Source: a virus
Reading direction: 5' to 3' (one strand)
DNA length: 64,000 bases
Virus record (IMG/VR): IMGVR_UViG_3300050821_003720
Span: 952-64,951 of that record
In this document: in pieces, positions 63,838-64,000 of the stretch
Position numbering within the stretch: the stretch's first letter is position 1
How the letters are laid out: each line of letters starts with the position of its first letter
Notes under the pieces: generated by a model
Seen by the model: only the letters and a program-made list of their open reading frames with translations
Told to the model about the DNA's origin: nothing
The model's database searches: none
Position numbers and translations under genes: made by a program

Positions 63838-64000
63838 CTTGTAATTTATTAGACAACACCACTGCTTGCGCTAGTGGATTACCCGGTCGAGCTTTAGATT
63901 CTGCCGCATTAATAACAGCACGAATTTCCTCTTCCGATACTTGCTGACTCAAAACAGCTACTCGCTCATGAAAATCAATTGACTTCATAACATCGGCACA
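63827..64000 (-). CDS. C-terminal end of an upstream structural gene (partial; possibly portal or protease)
   Basis: Open frame running off the window end, ...VINAAESKARPGNPLAQAVVLSNKLQDGD*. Overlaps the scaffold start by ~11 nt. Confidence 0.3.
   Translation of the reverse strand, partial: CADVMKSIDFHERVAVLSQQVSEEEIRAVINAAESKARPGNPLAQAVVLSNKLQDGD

Noticed and set aside
1-64000. CRISPR arrays or rRNA genes
   Set aside because: No arrays of regularly spaced direct repeats and no rRNA-like conserved stretches were seen. The whole window is densely protein-coding apart from a few short intergenic gaps.

Overview
This window looks like a 64 kb internal segment of a tailed dsDNA bacteriophage genome. 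Bacterial-type Shine-Dalgarno sites and sigma70-like promoters are present, so a eukaryotic virus is unlikely. A tyrosine integrase is present, which suggests a temperate lifestyle. The order and sizes of the structural genes loosely resemble a podovirus/T7-like layout.

Positions 83-42283 form a densely packed plus-strand block of early and auxiliary genes. It contains:
- a replication/recombination set: PrimPol-type primase, a family A DNA polymerase split across two abutting frames, a UvrD-like helicase and a Cas4/RecB-like nuclease;
- a nucleotide-conversion set: ThyX, a SLOG/YpsA-like protein, dCMP deaminase, a nucleoside 2-deoxyribosyltransferase-like protein and GMP reductase;
- an ~11.6 kb glycan-biosynthesis island (15260-26866). 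It encodes GDP-mannose 4,6-dehydratase, an SDR, an RmlC-like epimerase, a DegT aminotransferase and a TPP-dependent E1 alpha/beta-like pair. It also encodes GT11 alpha1,2- and GT10 alpha1,3-fucosyltransferases, a GT2, a further GT-A and three paralogous GT31/Fringe-like transferases;
- a region of small accessory genes with a SprT-like protease, NADAR, a P-loop kinase, a metallophosphoesterase, a GNAT, a GH108 lysozyme, an SLT, two secreted proteins and a MazG-like protein;
- a tyrosine integrase followed by an SPFH/HflK-like protein.

Positions 42314-64000 are a minus-strand structural operon. It holds a scaffold-like protein, a putative major capsid protein, an endonuclease VII-like resolvase, tail/fibre-like giants of 1257 and 768 aa, and three terminal virion proteins. 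The last of these carries an ImmA/IrrE-like HExxH motif.

Six homing-endonuclease-like genes of four families are scattered through the window: T5orf172, two HNH, two LAGLIDADG and one GIY-YIG. A family of near-identical promoters (AAATAAAGC-TTGACA-17 nt palindromic spacer-TAnnCT) recurs on both strands. No CRISPR array, rRNA or convincing tRNA was found.

The most interesting candidate system is the phage-borne fucosylated (Lewis-like) glycan biosynthesis island. The G-to-I / C-to-U-to-T nucleotide conversion module and the split PolA are secondary candidates.
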